DNA of 52,832 bases, counting the filler, from Bipalium vagum (taxonomy: Eukaryota): assembly GCA_037834085.1 (NCBI GenBank). It is 3 parts of 3 records of this genome, joined end to end, with 100 filler letters (N's around TTAATTAATTAA, not from the genome) between each part and the next. Parts side by side here need not be neighbours in the genome. Positions count along the whole stretch, not along the records: positions 34,533 to 52,832 come from JBBMKC010033552.1; 2 more parts are not named here. One strand, given 5' to 3'. This document shows, in pieces, positions 39,825-52,832 of this stretch. The translations under genes were made by a program, and so were the position numbers. The notes beneath the pieces are model-generated. The model did no database searches and was not told the origin of the DNA. It saw only the letters and a list, made by a program, of their open reading frames with translations. Each line of letters begins with the position of its first letter. The first letter of the stretch is position 1.

Positions 39825-41304
39825 ATGAAATCACTGATTTATTTAATAATAAGCTGTTTGCTTTTATTTATTATACAATTTTCGGAAACATTAATTCCAA
39901 AGATATGTATTGAGAATGCTACAACTTCTGGCATTTGTTGTCCTGTTTCTTCTTGGAATAACGAAGTTTGTGGTGGATTTAACCAAGGAATTTGCAACAA
40001 ATTGATCATAAAAAAGGATTTTAAGCCCTTTGTATTCTTCAATGACGACAGAATGGACTGGCCAACAAGATTTTTTCATACATTATGTGAATGTAAAGGA
40101 CATTATTTTGGGTTAGCATGTGATGAATGTTTCTTTGGTTGGGCTGGAAAATATTGTGACAAAAAGGTTGTTGAAGTTCGCAGAAACATTCTTTCTCTTT
40201 CTCCACCGGAACGAGAATTATTAGTTAAAGTTATTGATATAAGTATAAGAGAACCTTCTGATAGTTTCATTTATATTGAGCAACATAATTCGCGTTCCGA
40301 CCCAATTGTTGCACCAGAATGGCATATTCCAAATATTCAGTATTTGATGGTTTTTAATCACCGCTTCTCATCAAGAGCTACTCTTTTCACAAATAGACAA
40401 GATTGTGATAATTACGGATTTTTAGACTTTAACCACAATGCAGTAGGATTCCTTACATGGCATAGATATTACATGATGATCTGGGAAAATTATTTGAAAA
40501 AAATTGCTCGGAAATACTTTAATGTACACAACTTTGCACTCCCTTATTGGGATTGGACTGATTTGAACTATTGTGATATTTGTACAAACGATCTTGCAGG
40601 AGCTGAAGGATTAAGAGATCCAAATTATGGAGTACTAATTCATCCATCGAGCCCGTTTCATAATTGGACAGAATATTGCGTCGAACCGAACAGTGACTTT
40701 CCATGTTATGGCTGTCACAAAGCAGGATTTTTGGGTAGAATCAGTCGCTCTTGGAACAATTTACGATTCCCAACATTGGAGGAAGTGAATTATGCGTTAG
40801 GGAAAAGAAAGTTAATCAATATTTGATTTTATTTATTATCAATAGAATATTTTAGTTTTTATGTACAAAATGAAAGACAAAATCAAATATGTGAATCTTC
40901 ACATATGGCCATCGAAGGATTGTGCAATATGCCAGGTTTTAATGACAGTAGATTCTTTTTGCATAATAGAATTCACAATATGATCGATGGATCCATGTGC
41001 TGTAGTGGAACCTCACCCAGTGATCCGTTGTTTATATTTCATCATACACAGATCGACAGATTATTCGAAGTAACAGGCTAATTTAATTTCTTTACTTATT
41101 ACTGTTTAATTACTATAGAAATGGATACAAATTCACCAACCATCGTTGAAAGATTACCCCAATGAAGAAACAAGACCAGGACACGGAAAATATTCAAACT
41201 TAGTTTCGTGGATACCAATAATAAAACACTGGCAGCTGTTTACCAGCAGTAAAAACTTAGGATATGTGTACGATAATTACCAGTTTGGAATGAATGATAA
41301 ATAA
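39825..41304 (+). CDS. Tyrosinase (type-3 copper phenol oxidase) with signal peptide and Cys-rich/EGF-like N-terminus, 3 exons, ~461 aa
   Basis: Exons 39825-40810, 40856-41069, 41119-41304; GT-AG introns of 45 and 49 bp; 1386 nt. CuA: FNHRF..DFNHNAVGFLTWHRYY, plus LPYWDWT. CuB: LHNRIHNMIDGSMCCSGTSPSDPLFIFHHTQIDRLF. C-terminal NLGYVYD. Confidence 0.93.
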
Positions 41305-41367
41305 AATAACACAGAAACAGAATTAAATAAAAATTGGAAATTTTTTTATTAAACCATTTAATGTTTA

Positions 41368-41369
<2 letters not shown>
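41300..41369. promoter_or_regulatory. Putative polyadenylation signals of the convergent tyrosinase and RUVBL1 genes
   Basis: AATAAA on + at 41300-41305 and 41326-41331; on - at 41364-41369 and 41345-41350. AT-rich context limits specificity. Confidence 0.5.
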
Positions 41370-42951
<1,582 letters not shown>

Positions 42952-44789
42952 CTAAAATTATATAATTCTAATTATGAATAGAAAATTCAAGAAAGATATT
43001 TTATCATGACAACAGATTCAACTAAACTACATTGTGCTAATTAAATAAACAAATTAATTAATTAATCTTTATCTTAAACCATTAACTCAATTAAACCTAT
43101 TTTTCTATTTCTCTAAATTGATAAAAATTTTTAACTATATAAAGAATTTTGATATTTATTTAAGATTTCTTAGTTTTACTAATAATCAAAAAGGATAAAT
43201 TTCAAATTGTTTAATAGTAAATTGTTTAATTGTAAATATAATTTTTTCTTATAATTTATTGAAATATTAGCTTTCTTTATCTATAAAATGTAATTGAAAA
43301 CTAACATATAGTTCACGGGGATAATTAATGATTTACTTAATTAATTTTAATTAATTAATAAAAATAGATATTTTTAATAAACTTATATATGTTAAACGCC
43401 GATTGCTTATTGTGTTAGGTAAGTGAGTTCACGATGGATTTGTGTAATGGTGTTCGTACTGATTTTACAAATGTAGGGTAAAAACCACCTTCAATCAACA
43501 CCTGCTTGAATCAGAGTGTGGTTGCATAACCATGAAATGAGGAATATTATTAATATTTTATTTGAGCTTACTTACTGTGTTGATATGAGGATTGTTGTGT
43601 TATGGTAGTTTATTCTAGGTAGTAATAAATAGTAATAAATAATTATAGAATATAATATAATGAATACAAAGGAAATAAAATAAGGCTTCTAGTCAAAAAT
43701 ACATTTAAGGTTAATGTTCAACTCACACTGAAATTTTTTCAAACTTTATTAAGTATATTTAGTATTTAAAGATAAAATATTATCGACTGAATCCAACTTG
43801 GATAATCCCTCAGAAATGGTTACAGATCTTCACCTAGTTATGTTAAGATTTGAGTTTTTATTAAAGCTGATTAGACGATTTATATAATTCTTGAGAGATC
43901 AAATGAGCAGTTTTTCATGTATTTATTTATTATAAATTAGCTATTATTTAAAGGACTTTCTAATTATTTACAAAGGAAAAATCGATTTATAATTTATTTA
44001 TTCATAAAAGTACACCTCTTGATAAAGTCAATTATGGTGGGTTTTAATATAATAATAATTTATATTAAATAATCTCTTGTAAACAAAAAATATTTAAAAT
44101 GTTTAGGCTGTAAGGTCTCTCTAAAAGTAGAGCTCTTAAAAACAAGAGGGAACATAACTATTAAAAAGATTAATAATCTACATTCTCTCAAATTAAAAAA
44201 TCAACAAGTAAATTTACAAAATTTATATTTAGTATGAAAAATAACAATAAATAGGCTAATTGACAAAACTAAGAATAATTACTGATCTCAATAATTCTCT
44301 GGTGAAATTTTCCAAGATTACATATATGTTAATATACAGTAAAATGTTAACTAAAATTTTTGGGTCAATTTTTATATCAAAAATAGTTGATTCGACAGGT
44401 GAGTAAAAATAAATGAATAAATAATGTTAAATAAATAAAAGAAAAATTTAATAATAGATGTTAAATCAAAATCAGTTTTTATTTGATTCCACTGGCGTCT
44501 TCAAAATTTTCAATAATTTCTCACTCAAAATCTTCAATATTTTCTTTGGCTTAGGTATATTAAATAGAAGTTCACAGAGGTTCTAGGATTCGCCAATCAC
44601 TTTTTTAATCAATGAATTACAATTATTCATATCCATAAGGGATGATCTCAGTATTCATTCTACTGATTAACATCTTATAAATAAAAATGAAACTTTTTTT
44701 GAGGTTAAATAAATAATAAATGGATCAAGAAATTAGAAAATGACAAAAAGATTTGAAGTCATCATAAAATCCTTTATTAGTCTATATAT

Positions 44790-45697
44790 AATCCAGTCTA
44801 TAGTGAACCTCTGCTTGTATATTCTTCAGATCCTTTTTTTAAACAATAAAGTATTCTTTGTTTAAGTTTCTGAGAACTGTGGGGTCCCAAATTTTTATTA
44901 TATACAATTCGCTTCAAATCTGCCCAAAATTTTTCAATTGGCCGAGCTTCAGGGACACTTACCGGGTTATCCAAGTTTTCAACAAAAATCAAGTTTTCAT
45001 CTCTAAGGTATTTTTGGACCTTTATGGCGCGGTAAGATGAATCTAGATCAGGCCAAAATACGTAGTTATCGTGTTTCTTTATGAATGGCATTAATTAACT
45101 CTTAATGCATCCATTAAGGTACACATCTTGGTAATTGCCGACTTTGAATGCACAAAAATGTATTAGAAACATCTTAAGATGAAAAAGTTATCCTTTTTCT
45201 TCATATTTGAACTTTAATTGATGTTTAACATGACCCAGAGTGTTTTTCATTTCATTCGAATAATAGTGGCGATTTCCAGTTAGTGTACTGTTGGATAACT
45301 TAAAATAAGATTCATCATCTAAAATACAAATAATTTTTTGTAGGTATTGTAAAGATTTCGGCATGAGGCCTAATTTGCTTCAGCTGTAATGTTGATCGTT
45401 TTAGTTTTGTACTTTTCTTAAAACACCAAACCTCTCATTGTTTCTTTAACACTATTAAAACGTACGGCTGAGAATATTTTATAGTCTTAGAAACCGATTT
45501 TTGACCAATTCCTCAGATATTCATTTTTTTTCTTAACAATTTCAGGTTGGATTTCTTCACAATTTTGGTTGAAGACCACTTGCTTTCTATCTTTCACCGT
45601 TATAACCGTTTTCTCCACTAGATATTAGACGGTAAATAATTAATTTGGATATGCCTTCATCAATGAAATAAATAAGAATAATTTTTTGGCCTAAATA
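44790..45697 (-). mobile_element. Decayed DD37E (ITmD37E/TRT-like) transposon
   Basis: ILDDESYF (first D). In ORF 44798-45091, WPD...ARPIE has exactly 37 residues between D and E. N-terminal FIDEGISKLIIYRLI. Confidence 0.85.
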
Positions 45698-46685
45698 TAC
45701 CGGTTTCGCGAAAGTAAGCCAGTGAGATTATAATTAAAATCTTTAGTTTCTACAACTCCCAGAAGTTTTTATATACAAGCCCATTGGTTAAAACTAATAT
45801 TATTTTTCAGTTCAAAGTTAAAAAAAAATAACATATACAACGATTAATTTTTTATTATTAACTCATCCAATTTTTATACAAACATTAATTTTCAAATAGC
45901 ACATCATCCTCCATGTCAGTCTGCAAAGATTCATCCAATTCTTCATCATTAGACTTGTCAAGTGATGCGTTATTTTGATTAGCAATTGTTAAAATAGCTC
46001 TTAGATTGTGATTAAGTAATTCAAATGGAACAGTATGGCCACAACATTCAAAGGATTTTAATATGCTCACTCGCTTTATTGCATTAATTGCAGATGAAAC
46101 GAATTTCAGAACGGTGGCCCAATCAGGTTTTCTACGGTATCTATCTTTCTTAAATTTTTTTGGTCCACACGACATCCAAGTTTCAAATTCGTTCTTTAAT
46201 TTGGACTTAAAATAGCATTAATTATGATCCAACTGTTGAAAATAATATTTTGTCTTAAGCGGGATGAAATTAACAGAGGTTTTTAAAGATTTGAGATGCG
46301 AAATGACTTCTTGCTTTTTATGAGAACCATACTGATCCATTATTAGTAATGTATACTTAGTAGCAAAAGATGACACAGATATCAAACAAGTGTCAATTTA
46401 TTTTTTCATTATTTATGAAGTCATAAATCAATTTTTTGAAACGGTTAATATAATTTCTTTTGGAACAACAACATTGGGAACTTTTTTTAGTCCTTTCAAA
46501 ATAACCTTTACTTTTAATAAATTTCCTGAGATATTTACTGCAAAAACAACAGAAAATCGGGTTTCCGAGTGTCCCGTACCATTGATCTCTCTATTCTTTT
46601 CTCCTTTGAAAGAAATGGTTTTGGAAGAGTGAATATCAATATACATCTCATCCATGTTTCTAATCATTTCACTTTCAATTCCAAA

Positions 46686-46782
46686 TGATGAAAATCAAAT
46701 CTTCTTTCAATTAACTCATACTAATTTGGATTTCAAAACTATTTATTTAATATTCAAACAAACAAATTTAGTCTAACTCACA
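46686..46782 (-). repeat. 3' LTR (97 bp, TG...CA on the minus strand)
   Basis: Direct repeat of 49478-49574; shared core AATTTGGATTTCAAAA..TTATTTAATATTCAAACAAACAAATTTAGTCTAACT. Confidence 0.75.
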
Positions 46783-49477
46783 CTTCGGACAAAAAGACGA
46801 CCATTTATTCAGCCATTCGATTCTTCTCTGCAATCTGGACCTTTTAGTTCCACTTGATGAAGAGATAAGTAACTCAAAATTTCTTGGGATCTTTCATATT
46901 GAAAATTATTATTTTTCCTTTTGTGTGGTCCCACCTTGACAAACACTGAATCTCAAATCAAAAAAATTCGTTGCTCGCGTTTGCTCCTTTCGAATTGATC
47001 CATTCTGTCTGTAGCTGTATCCAAATTTACCTTTGCTTCCTTTGTAATATCCGCCTTAACCCCGATAACCTCATCCAATACCAAATAGTTATTCACTTTG
47101 TGACTGTAGAAAATTTCAAACTGTGAGAATTTTGTTGAGCTTTGCTGGATAGCATTAATAATAAACTTGATTCTCGGTAGCAGTTCGTGACAGTCCTGTT
47201 CTTCACAACCACTCTTTATTGAAGTAGTTTTCATTTCAAGCCAAGTGATCTCAAAATTGGGTTCTCTGTCTTCTCAGGATACTCTCCGATCTTCCAAATT
47301 TATAAACCCAGTTGTTCAAAAATTTTTGTAGAAAGTTCTATCACCTATTTTAGTCAACGATCTCAAGTTCACCAGCTTATTAAAACGATCCATAATTACC
47401 AGGACATATTTATAACTAGCTTTCGACCTTTCCATAAAAGCAATGTCTACCACATTTGGTTCCAAAAAATGTTCACTAAATCTCTGGATCAAAACCTCTT
47501 TCTTGAGTGTTTGATCTATTTTCCTCTTCTCACAGATCAGACAGGTTTTCAAGCAAGTTTTAATGGAGCTCCACATTGCTGGCCAAAAATAATGGTCTTA
47601 CAGATAATGACATATTTTTTTGCTGACCAAATGACAGAGTTCTCCGAGAATTGCATGTGCAAATTCCGTCAGATGACTCTCATGAATTACTACTTTCTTT
47701 TGAGTATTATGACATACAACTAAAAGATTACCAACGAAATCCAAATCATCTTTCACCCGAAAAAGATCATATTTCTTCAAGGTGTAACTTCCTTCTGTAA
47801 TATACTTTTTAAACTTCACAATCGTTTGGTCACTCTTCTGTCTAAGCTGAATTTCCTCGAATCTGGTACTCGTCTCACTTAACACACTTCCTATAGGTCA
47901 GCTCAGAATTGAATTCTGCTAAATTCGCCAGACAGGTTTGGAATTAGGGACTGATAGGTTTCTTTGTGTCATTCATGAATACTAAGGCCTTATGGTTTTT
48001 TTACGGACTAAACATCGATTACCATATAGATATTTTTAAAAATGGAAAACGAATTCATACACCGCCAGCAACTCCTTCCGGGTTACGCAGTAGCCCACTT
48101 CATGTGCTGACAAATGTCTTAAGTCGTAGGCAACTACTACTTCCCTCCATTGACTCAGCACAGCTCCGATGGCACTGAGTCAAGCATCTTTATTTAGCAC
48201 AATAGTTCTGTCCTGTCCAGGATAATTGAGTATTGGGGCATTGCATAATCTACTTTTTAGCTCTTCAGAGCTTTTCTTGCCAACGTAACTGTTTATCACC
48301 TCCTGATGCTGCCGTATATAATTATTTGTCAATAAAACGGCGATAATAGTTACTTAGTCCTAAAATGACCGCATCTTCCAGACACATTTCAGCGGTTCTT
48401 CTTTTATAATCTCCTGAATCTTCTTTTCATTTGTACGAATTCCAGCTACACTCACCGTATGTCCAAGAAACACTATTTCTATTTTATTAATTTTACACTT
48501 TCTTGGATTTACCTTTAGCCCTTACACAGAAACTCTTAAAACTTCTTCTAAGACTCGATCATGTTGGCTTTCAGAAACCCCATATATCAGTATATCATCC
48601 AGAAACACAACGACACCATTGAATATCAGACCATCCAGTAATTCGTGCATCAGTTTCTGGAACGTGGATGAGCTGTGGTCAAACCAAACGGAAGTCTATT
48701 GAAACAAAATTGACCTTGCTTTGTGCTAAAATTCGTGATTTTTCTGACAACTCCACCTGGTAGTATGCCTGTCCGAGATCCACAGACGAGAAGCAGATCG
48801 AATTGGTCAAACAATCCAAATAATAACTGCATATTTGGTATTGGGAAGGAAAAGTTTTCCGTAATCGTGTTAATCCGCTTAAAATCCACACATATTCGAA
48901 TCGACCCGTCTTTCCTACCACCACCATCACCAGTGGAGAGTTCCACTGACTCTTATATTTCCGGATTACACCACCTGACATGAGTTGCACAATTATTTTG
49001 TCAAATTTTAATTCGAGATGCATAGGTTGGATGTTGCAATATTGAATCACCACAGCAGAAACACTGTCATGAATTAAACTGTATCTCTTTCGGTGCAGGC
49101 AAACCTTTTCCTTTTTTATATAAAAATTTCGCTCCATGTTTCATTGACACTCTTGGATTGATCCTTATAGGCTCCGACGTCCCCGTGCTATAATTTATAA
49201 ATTGGGTATTCGTTCTGTCTCTGCTTCCGCTATTTTCGTATTTTTCCACAAAATAGCGGCTTCATCCGTCATTAGCAGATCAAAAACCCCGATCAAGCAA
49301 AGTTCATTGATGTGCAACCACTTTTCGATTTCCTTCAGCCATTTCTCAGCCTCCTGGGTGCCTCGCCAATCGAACCTGCGGATTTGGAACGACAACAAAT
49401 CTTATGCCTTCTTTGGCAAAGCATTTAATATAATCTTTTTTTCCTGTTGTCTTGTGATGACATTAAAAATTTCTGTG

Positions 49478-49574
49478 TGGTAGTCAGTTAAATCTCCTTT
49501 CAATAGAATCCTAACAATTTGGATTTCAAAAATAATTATTTAATATTCAAACAAACAAATTTAGTCTAACTATA
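49478..49574 (-). repeat. 5' LTR (~97 bp)
   Basis: Direct repeat of 46686-46782. No intact PBS seen. Confidence 0.75.
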
Positions 49575-50489
49575 AATATTGGATATTTTCAAAATGTTCA
49601 ATAGAAGTTTCTCTCTTTTCTTCGAAAATTTATTATCTTCTTGGCGGATATATGATGGCTTTCGATATGAAAAAGTATTTCGTTGACAAAATTTGTTAAT
49701 CCACACATCTGAACAAAGAATATGATCAATGTTGAGTTCCTTTTCCAGTTCCATCTCGAATACGCCAATACTTTACCAAGTGACGATTAATTCTTTCATC
49801 TCTCACCTAACTGCCCAACTTATCTTCCAGTTCTGGCCAGAAAGATTTTTGACCAGCACCTGCCATTCTTATTCTTTTCTTAACTTTTGAATTCATAATA
49901 GCATCTTCTTTGTTTTTCCATCTTCTTAAATTTTCCCTATCTATTTTTAAAGTACCTGATGCTTCCGATAAATTTTCTTTGAACGACTTCAATGTTTCTT
50001 TCTTTTGGCCAGCAGTATAAGACATTCTTCTGTGCATTTGTAATAATAAATAGTCAAATAAATAAGACTAAAAAGAGAATTAATACCTAATGTTGGGATC
50101 CACAGTGAAACTGGTAAAAAAAATCAGAGAGATCCAACACAAAAATCCAAGAAAAAGCTTCCAGAGATCTCTGACGATATCAAGGAATCTCATGAGCCAA
50201 TGGAGAGTAATGGCAGCTTTCCGAAATTAGTGATCGATATTGGAAACATCTAAAACACTTGATATTTGTATTTGATTTACATTTGAATTTGAATTATATT
50301 TTAAATTTGATATTTGAATTGATTTTAATGTGCATGAAAAGGCTTTGTAAAGCCTACTATCTATATTTTTATATTTCTGAAAAAGAATATTTGAAATTTT
50401 ATGTTTTGTGCGAAAATAATATTTAAATAATTAATAAAGTTATAAATAATAATTATTTTAAAATAAAATGAAAGTTAAATAAAATATAT

Positions 50490-51370
50490 AAAACGTGGAA
50501 TTAGATATTAATTAGAATATTAACCCACATGATTATTCATTATTATTATTATTATGGAAATAAAATAAATTACTATAAATAAATGATGTGGAAGTAGGGT
50601 TAGTAAATATAGTAAGTTCTATAGCATGAGAACTTACTTAAAATAGTTACCACCAACGCAAATTCTATTATTAGTAAGAAAAACTTACTTAAAATAAAAA
50701 CCGCCCACACATAAATTTATATTTAGTAAGTTAAAACAGAACCAATGAGAAGCTCTAGAATGTAAAAAACAAGAGTAAATAAACTCCTGGTTTTCACATT
50801 CAAAATGCTCTTAATAAATCTTAGAATACGCTTATAGCTATTCGAATTAAAGATACTTTTAAGACGCCAATAATAATAATAGGTAAGGAATTTGTATTAA
50901 TTCCAAGTGTTTAACCGATCGAGTTAAACTTAAATGATTATTTAATTAAATTTTATTTAATGATAGAAGGAAAATCTTCTCATCACTAACTTTTTAATAT
51001 TTTCTTTATTCTTTTTTATTGTTCTCTCGCTAATTCGATTCTACTTCGTTCTGGACGACAGAATACGCATTTTTGATATCAGGACTTCTTCGACATTCGT
51101 AAAGTCAAGAAGGAATTCTATTAATTAAAGAATTGTTTGTAATTTTGAATATTGTTTGATTGATTGAATTAGATTTCTAAACTTGCATTTGTGATAACAA
51201 ATATACCTTATTTTGTTAATAGCTTTGTTTATTCGTGAATTTTTATTAGTTACACTTTTCTCGATAGAGTTGGTGAGCCCAATTGTAAGCCCCATTGTAA
51301 CAGTTCAGCTTGCGACCTAGACCGTTACAGTAATATAAATATAGTTTGAATGTGTCAGAAATGCTTTATA
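50490..51370. repeat. Right copy of the diverged inverted repeat (partner 162-945), with an internal ~50-bp tandem duplication
   Basis: Matching blocks are listed under the left copy. The duplicated unit AACTTACTTAAAATA...TTAGTAAG lies at 50631-50678 and 50682-50730. Confidence 0.9.
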
Positions 51371-51949
51371 AGTAAAAAAAACATTAATTCAAATATTGGC
51401 ATACCAATACATATGTACAATATTTATACAATACAATATTCTAAAATTATTTATAAATTGAATTTTAAAAATTTCAAAAATATAGGCCCAAGAGCTTATA
51501 ATTGCCTGGTCTTGCTTTTGCAAAAATCCGGTATGTTTTATAATTTACAATACGATTCTTGAGAGTCATTTCTGAAAATGTAAATAATTTAATAATACTG
51601 ACATTTTTATCTTACTTCTATATATAATTTTAAAGATCTTGATTTACTTAAAGTCACTTAAACAATTTCTATATTATATTAAAGATATCTAATTTTTAAA
51701 AAGTTAGATTTTTTATTTATAGTGTATTAATCTGAAAACAAGGAATTTTGAATGACATCAGCTAGAACGCATTCGACTGAATGAAAAAAGTTAATCAATT
51801 ATTTTTCATTCATCTTCTCTTTTCCATTAACTAATGAAGCACCAGGGACCTTAGTTATTAGCTCAGCTCTAAGGCATTCGACTGAAAACGACATAGTAAC
51901 CCATTTTCCCTCAGTTAAAGGCCGAGCAGCTCCAATTATTATGATGCTT

Positions 51950-52320
51950 CACTAACTGATGTTCGATATCTTAATAAAACTGTAATAATAAAGTACTGTA
52001 AAACACAATCTTGTGTAGCAACATGATAATGCAAAGCCGCACACTGGAAAATAAGCAACTTGTGATTTTTATGGCGGAAAAGTACCAATTCTTTTATGAC
52101 CAGCATGATCTCTTGATATGTCACTTTTCGAATATGCTTGGGATTATCTTGGTCTTTGTATCAGACAAAATTATAATCATATGGAAACTGCAAAAGAAAA
52201 AATAGCAAAGGATTAATAGAAAATTAATACCACAAGAGAATTTTCAAAAAAACATTTTGAGGACGAGAAGACTACAGGAATGTATTGACAAAAGAGGAGG
52301 TCATGATATTTGCAAAAAAG
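51950..52320 (+). mobile_element. Tc1 (DD34E) transposase C-terminal remnant
   Basis: QHDNAKPHTGK, *PA*SLDMSLFEYAWDYLG (WPARSPDLSPIEHVWD-like), RRLQECIDKRGGH. Confidence 0.7.
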
Positions 52321-52563
52321 TTTTTGTAGATTTCCCTTAGGAACATAAGTGTAATCAACGGTGATAGCAAAGATTGTGATAGGTTACCGAAGAGACTAAG
52401 CCAAAGTTGGCTTAAAGAGATTATCCTTTTATTGTTTTTATACATTTATAAATAGATACAAATTTAAAATTTATATAATTTTTAATAATTTTGGGTTTAT
52501 CCAAGGCAGCCACAGATAAAGACTCAGCAAAGAAAGTAAAATAATATAGAGAGGAACCGCTAA

Positions 52564-52591
<28 letters not shown>
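52564..52591. repeat. (AAT)n microsatellite
   Basis: Perfect tandem. Confidence 0.9.
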
Positions 52592-52594
<3 letters not shown>

Positions 52595-52832
52595 TTAAGT
52601 TTAAGTTAACCATAAAAAGACAATAAAAATAGATAAAGCACAAAAATAATCCTACTTTAAATTACTTAAAATGGAAAGATACCCTTAAAAATTAATTTCA
52701 TTTTAAAAAAAGGGTAATGTTAAGTTTTGACTTTTGGGTTTAATGACGTAAAAGATTTTTGCAAAACTTAACTAAGCTCGTATTTGATTCAGAAGGTTTT
52801 ATAGAGTGTAACGTTCGAAAATAAATTACGGT

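Larger units (their letters stand above)
46686..49574 (-). mobile_element. Decayed Ty3/Gypsy LTR retrotransposon with ~97-bp LTRs
   Basis: gag-like ORF 49195-49398. RT motifs KSQWNSPLVMV, RKDGSIRICVDFKRINTITE, DLGQAYYQV, FNRLPFGL, VVFLDDILIYG. Integrase CLICEKRK..VVDIAFM..YVLVIMDRFNK. Order RT-RH-INT. Confidence 0.9.
45698..50040 (-). mobile_element. pogo-like transposon (Brinker-like DBD + CENP-B HTH + DDE_1) split by a Gypsy insertion
   Basis: ORFs 49807-50037 (RRMSYTAGQK..FWPELEDKL), 49566-49754 (WINKFCQRNTFSYRK), 46428-46667 (IRNMDE..TGHSETRFSVVFAV), LLIMDQYGSHK..QQLD, and 45885-46175 (ILKSFECCG). TACCGGTTTCGCGAAAGTAAG terminus-like sequence at ~45698. Confidence 0.85.

Noticed and set aside
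36536-40704. Short ORFs overlapping ATG3 and tyrosinase (36536-36736, 38028-38228, 39839-40042, 39891-40079, 40519-40704)
   Set aside because: Shadow frames of real exons.
43390-43430. Spliced-leader RNA gene
   Set aside because: The donor is not preceded by the terminal ATG typical of flatworm SL exons, and no clear Sm site or hairpins are seen.

Overview
Very AT-rich eukaryotic (animal) nuclear DNA. A flatworm origin is plausible from the tyrosinase type, but that is inference. Only three intact genes are visible, packed into 6.4 kb (36560-42951): ATG3 (-, 3 exons), a secreted-type tyrosinase (+, 3 exons) and RUVBL1/pontin (-, 6 exons). Eight of their nine introns are only 38-49 bp. The rest is mostly decayed mobile DNA: many IS630-Tc1-mariner lineages (mariner, Tc1 DD34E, DD37E, rosa/DUF4817-like, IS630-like), pogo/Tigger elements, a piggyBac-type MITE, a Chapaev3-like fragment, a short-LTR Gypsy nested in a pogo element, and two different protein-primed PolB (Polinton/adintovirus-like) fossils. 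The most unexplained structure is a diverged ~0.8 kb sequence present in inverted orientation near both window ends (~162-945 and ~50490-51370). There are four N-gaps, two with an artificial TTAATTAATTAA linker, so long-range adjacency is not guaranteed. I find no firm evidence of an intact novel multi-gene system. Family calls rest on motif recognition by eye, not database searches.
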